Of a DNA stretch of 62,421 bases, positions 59,287 to 62,421 are shown piece by piece; the stretch's first letter is position 1, and each line of letters begins with the position of its first letter. A model generated the notes under the pieces. It saw only the letters and a program-made list of their open reading frames with translations. It had not been told where the DNA came from and made no database searches. The stretch spans positions 72,417,260 to 72,479,680 of the forward strand of contig NC_068982.1 of assembly GCF_001194135.2 (NCBI RefSeq). The letters run 5' to 3'. The DNA is from Octopus bimaculoides. Its lineage: Eukaryota. The position numbers and the translations under genes are program-made.

Positions 59287-60902
59287 GAGAAATGAAATGT
59301 ACTTGTGTAAAGGTATTGCATTTGCAATGTGAGTGAAGTAGGCACAATTGAGAATTGAAATTGAGTTAAATATTTTTAACATGGGAACTTTTTAAAAATG
59401 ATTTAATTAAGGGTAAAGGACCATACATGCTTCGAGACTGGTGGGTTTGATGTTTAATTTGAAAGTAGTCAGGTAAAATTCTGTAGGGAAATCATAGTGA
59501 GAATCATCCATTTACTGCCACGAAAAACCAGATTTAACCATAGTCTTAGGTATTCACTGGTAAATGATAGTTCTGAGGATGAAATATTGTAAAATAATAA
59601 GGAATAATGAAAAGGAGAAGAGTGCTTTGAATAAAAAGTTGTGCTGGGGTAAAATGTAACTTTCTAATTCAGATGTACAGTAACCACTGTACAAGTGTTA
59701 GAAAGCACGAGGAGCAGACACAGTAGATTGTTAGGTGAAGGTTTGTCTGTTAGTCAAGCAACCTTCTTTTGGATAAAGCCTAAAATGTATGTAAATGTAG
59801 TAGCTGTGCTGATTGTTCCGGGGGGGGGGGAGTATTTTTTAACTGAACAGTTTCTGACAACCAAATTCATTCAGAAGGCATTGACCAGTTGAGGGTCACA
59901 GCAGAAGACATTTGCCCAAGGTTCCACATGGTGGGATTGAACATAAAACCAGGTGGTTGCAAAGTGAGCTTCTCAACCACACAGCCCTGCTTGTGTCTCT
60001 ATGAACATTGAAATAAAATTAAATGTTTGAAGACAGAAACTTGTGCATACTTACAGGAAACAGCTACAGTATGAAAGTTAATGTTTAAGGATTTGGAAAA
60101 CCTAAAAGTTAAAGTATGACAAAGATGGATAATTCCATCGAGTATTTAGAATAAAAGATGAAGTGAGTCATAAAATGGTAATTTGACCAGTGCCATCCCA
60201 AAAATAAGTAAAGCAAATGGACTTGAATGTCCATACATACATACCCACATATATACTGACACCCACCCACAATCCATCCACAAAAACAAACACACTAAAA
60301 TTTAAAATAAAAAGATAAAAGCAATATGCTTAACCATTCACAATTTCACAGAATTCACATTGGGTCACACAAGCACTGCTGTGCATACTCTCTGTCTCTC
60401 TCTCTCTCTCTAAGACATTCTCGCATTTCCATAAATATAAATGTAGAAACTGTAAACTATGTAAGAGACCAGAGGCTACCAGCAGTAATGAGGGCATGTC
60501 ATTGATGAGCTCACAAACTTAGCTGATTGATTGACCAAATTATTTATCAAACAATAGATAATTAGTTAAATGGTTAACTACTTGATTAATGATAATAATA
60601 ATAATAATAATAATAATAATTCTTTCTACTAAAGTTACAAGGCCTGGAATTTGAGAGGAGGGGGATGGTTGATCACATCAACCCCAGTACTTGACTGGTA
60701 CATAATTTATCAAGCCTGAACGGATGAAAGGCAAAGTCGATCTTGGCAGAATCTGAATTCAGAACAAGAAGATGGATGAAATTCTGCTTAGCATCTTGCC
60801 CAGTGTGCTAATGATTCTGCCAGCTTGAATTAATTAATTATAATAATAAAGAAGTGAAATAAAACTAGTGTTTATTATTGGCATAATGACCTTCCCAAGA
60901 TA

Positions 60903-60935
<33 letters not shown>

Positions 60936-62421
60936 CAGTTTCAACACAATTTTACATCAAGAATCTTGCAAGGCAAATGCAAAAATGCAATAATATAATG
61001 CAAGAACATAAAATACATATTGAAATACTGTCAAGTATTTTTTGCAACAGGACTTTTACCTGTATTTCATTTTACTTTATTCCAAGGGAGGTATAAGATG
61101 TTTCGGTGACACTGATTTGATGCTGACTTATTTGTCATCAGACATTTTAATGTTTCTCTTGTTCTCCTCACCCCAATTTCTTTCTCTGTTTATGTGTAAA
61201 AGCATATTTCTTATTATTATGTGGACAAGGAGAGTGGAAGTGCTAATGCCAGTCATGTTCAATTAATAAATTCTAATGTCTCTCTCACTCTCTCTCTAAC
61301 TTATTCTATTTGCATGTGCATTTCTGTGTATGCATGCACATGTGTCAGTGTGTGTGTATGTTTGCCTCCAGTGTCAAAATGTACTATTGCCAAATCAGGC
61401 TGAATGTCCAGTCATTGCATCCAAACAGCTGTGCCAAATTCTGTTTCAAGGGACATGTATTCTGGGAACATGAGTCTGGCTTGATTTTACATCACAAGAC
61501 TATAGGGCTGAAACGATAACTGTAATATCATTTTGTTTGCTTCCTGCTGGTGATGGAAGAGAATGGTGCTTGACCACACACAGAAGAGCTGACAGAGATG
61601 GTAAACAGATTCTACTTTAAATCTTTATCAAAAATATAGCCTCTTTCATAAGACATAGCTGGATGTCTGCCAGATCACTGAGAACTCTAGCATGGCTGAG
61701 CAAAGTGTGATCAGTGAACTATATCAATATACACAGAGAAAAAAAACTGCTCTTTTATCTACAGTCAATGTCTTTTTAAAATTTTTTTTTGTATCACCAT
61801 TTTGGTAAGTTGGCACAGTCTTTTAGGTTTCTAAAAAAAAAAAAACCAAAAAAAACATTGATGTGGCAGGTCACTAAAACTTGGGTGTATTAGCTGTTAA
61901 TTTTCCTTTTTTTTTTCTTCTTAGTTGTCACAAAACTCAATAGAAACCAGAGATAAAGCAGAGTCAAAATAATCAGTATTCATGTGACATTGCACACATA
62001 GTTGTTGTTGTTTGGAGCCCCAGGTCAACAGTTGACCTGTGAATGAGCAGACCTATGATCAAAGATGTTCCATCCTGCACCTTTTTTTTTTAACCAGGTG
62101 TGTTTCTCAGACTACTTCATTCAATGTACCTCCTGGTAGTTCAAAGGAGATTTTGCTGTTATTTCTAACAAGTCTATATTAAATGTTTCATCATGTAGCG
62201 TAAACCCTGTAAAGATTTCTATTTTTTTCTTCCATAATCAATATTTGTAATGTTCTTGTGGAAACTTTGGTCATAAGCAAATACCTTTCTTATACACCAA
62301 TATATCTTTGTTATAAATAAATGTTGATTCCAATGCCAAGTCTCTGCCAATGCCTCTTATTTGCAGTGCAATGACAAGAGCTTTCTTTCTCTTTAGATAT
62401 ATATATATATATATATATATA

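Noticed and set aside
59380-59760. Possible decayed CR1/Jockey 3' end on the minus strand
   Set aside because: Only a faint resemblance (FPTEFYLTTFKLNI), too weak to call.

Overview
AT-rich, repeat-saturated animal genomic DNA, most consistent with an octopod cephalopod. That assignment is an inference from the SINE/RTE repeat families as I recall them. The window has three N gaps (31404-32369, 44721-45038, 57739-57975). It holds one clear host coding exon: about 3.7 kb on the minus strand (19106 down to 15431/15423), encoding a roughly 1,220-aa S/Q/N/P-rich protein with three globular islands. These islands align by eye, in register, with the Ski/SnoN/Dachshund homology domain. The rest looks intronic or intergenic. 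It contains decayed and 5'-truncated RTE LINEs of at least two lineages, a HERO-like RLE non-LTR remnant, Penelope-like remnants (one with a minimal hammerhead-like motif), Tc1/mariner fossils, tRNA-derived and CORE-type SINEs, and piggyBac-, hAT- and Merlin-like MITEs. The most unusual items are: the triple Ski/Dach-like protein; a foldback MITE with an 8-bp TSD and a central telomeric (TTAGGG)n core inserted in the HERO remnant; tandem stem-loop arrays in an RTE 3'UTR; and a TSD-flanked RTE that resembles decapod-type RTEs. All alignments were done by eye and no searches were run. Boundaries of decayed repeats are approximate.
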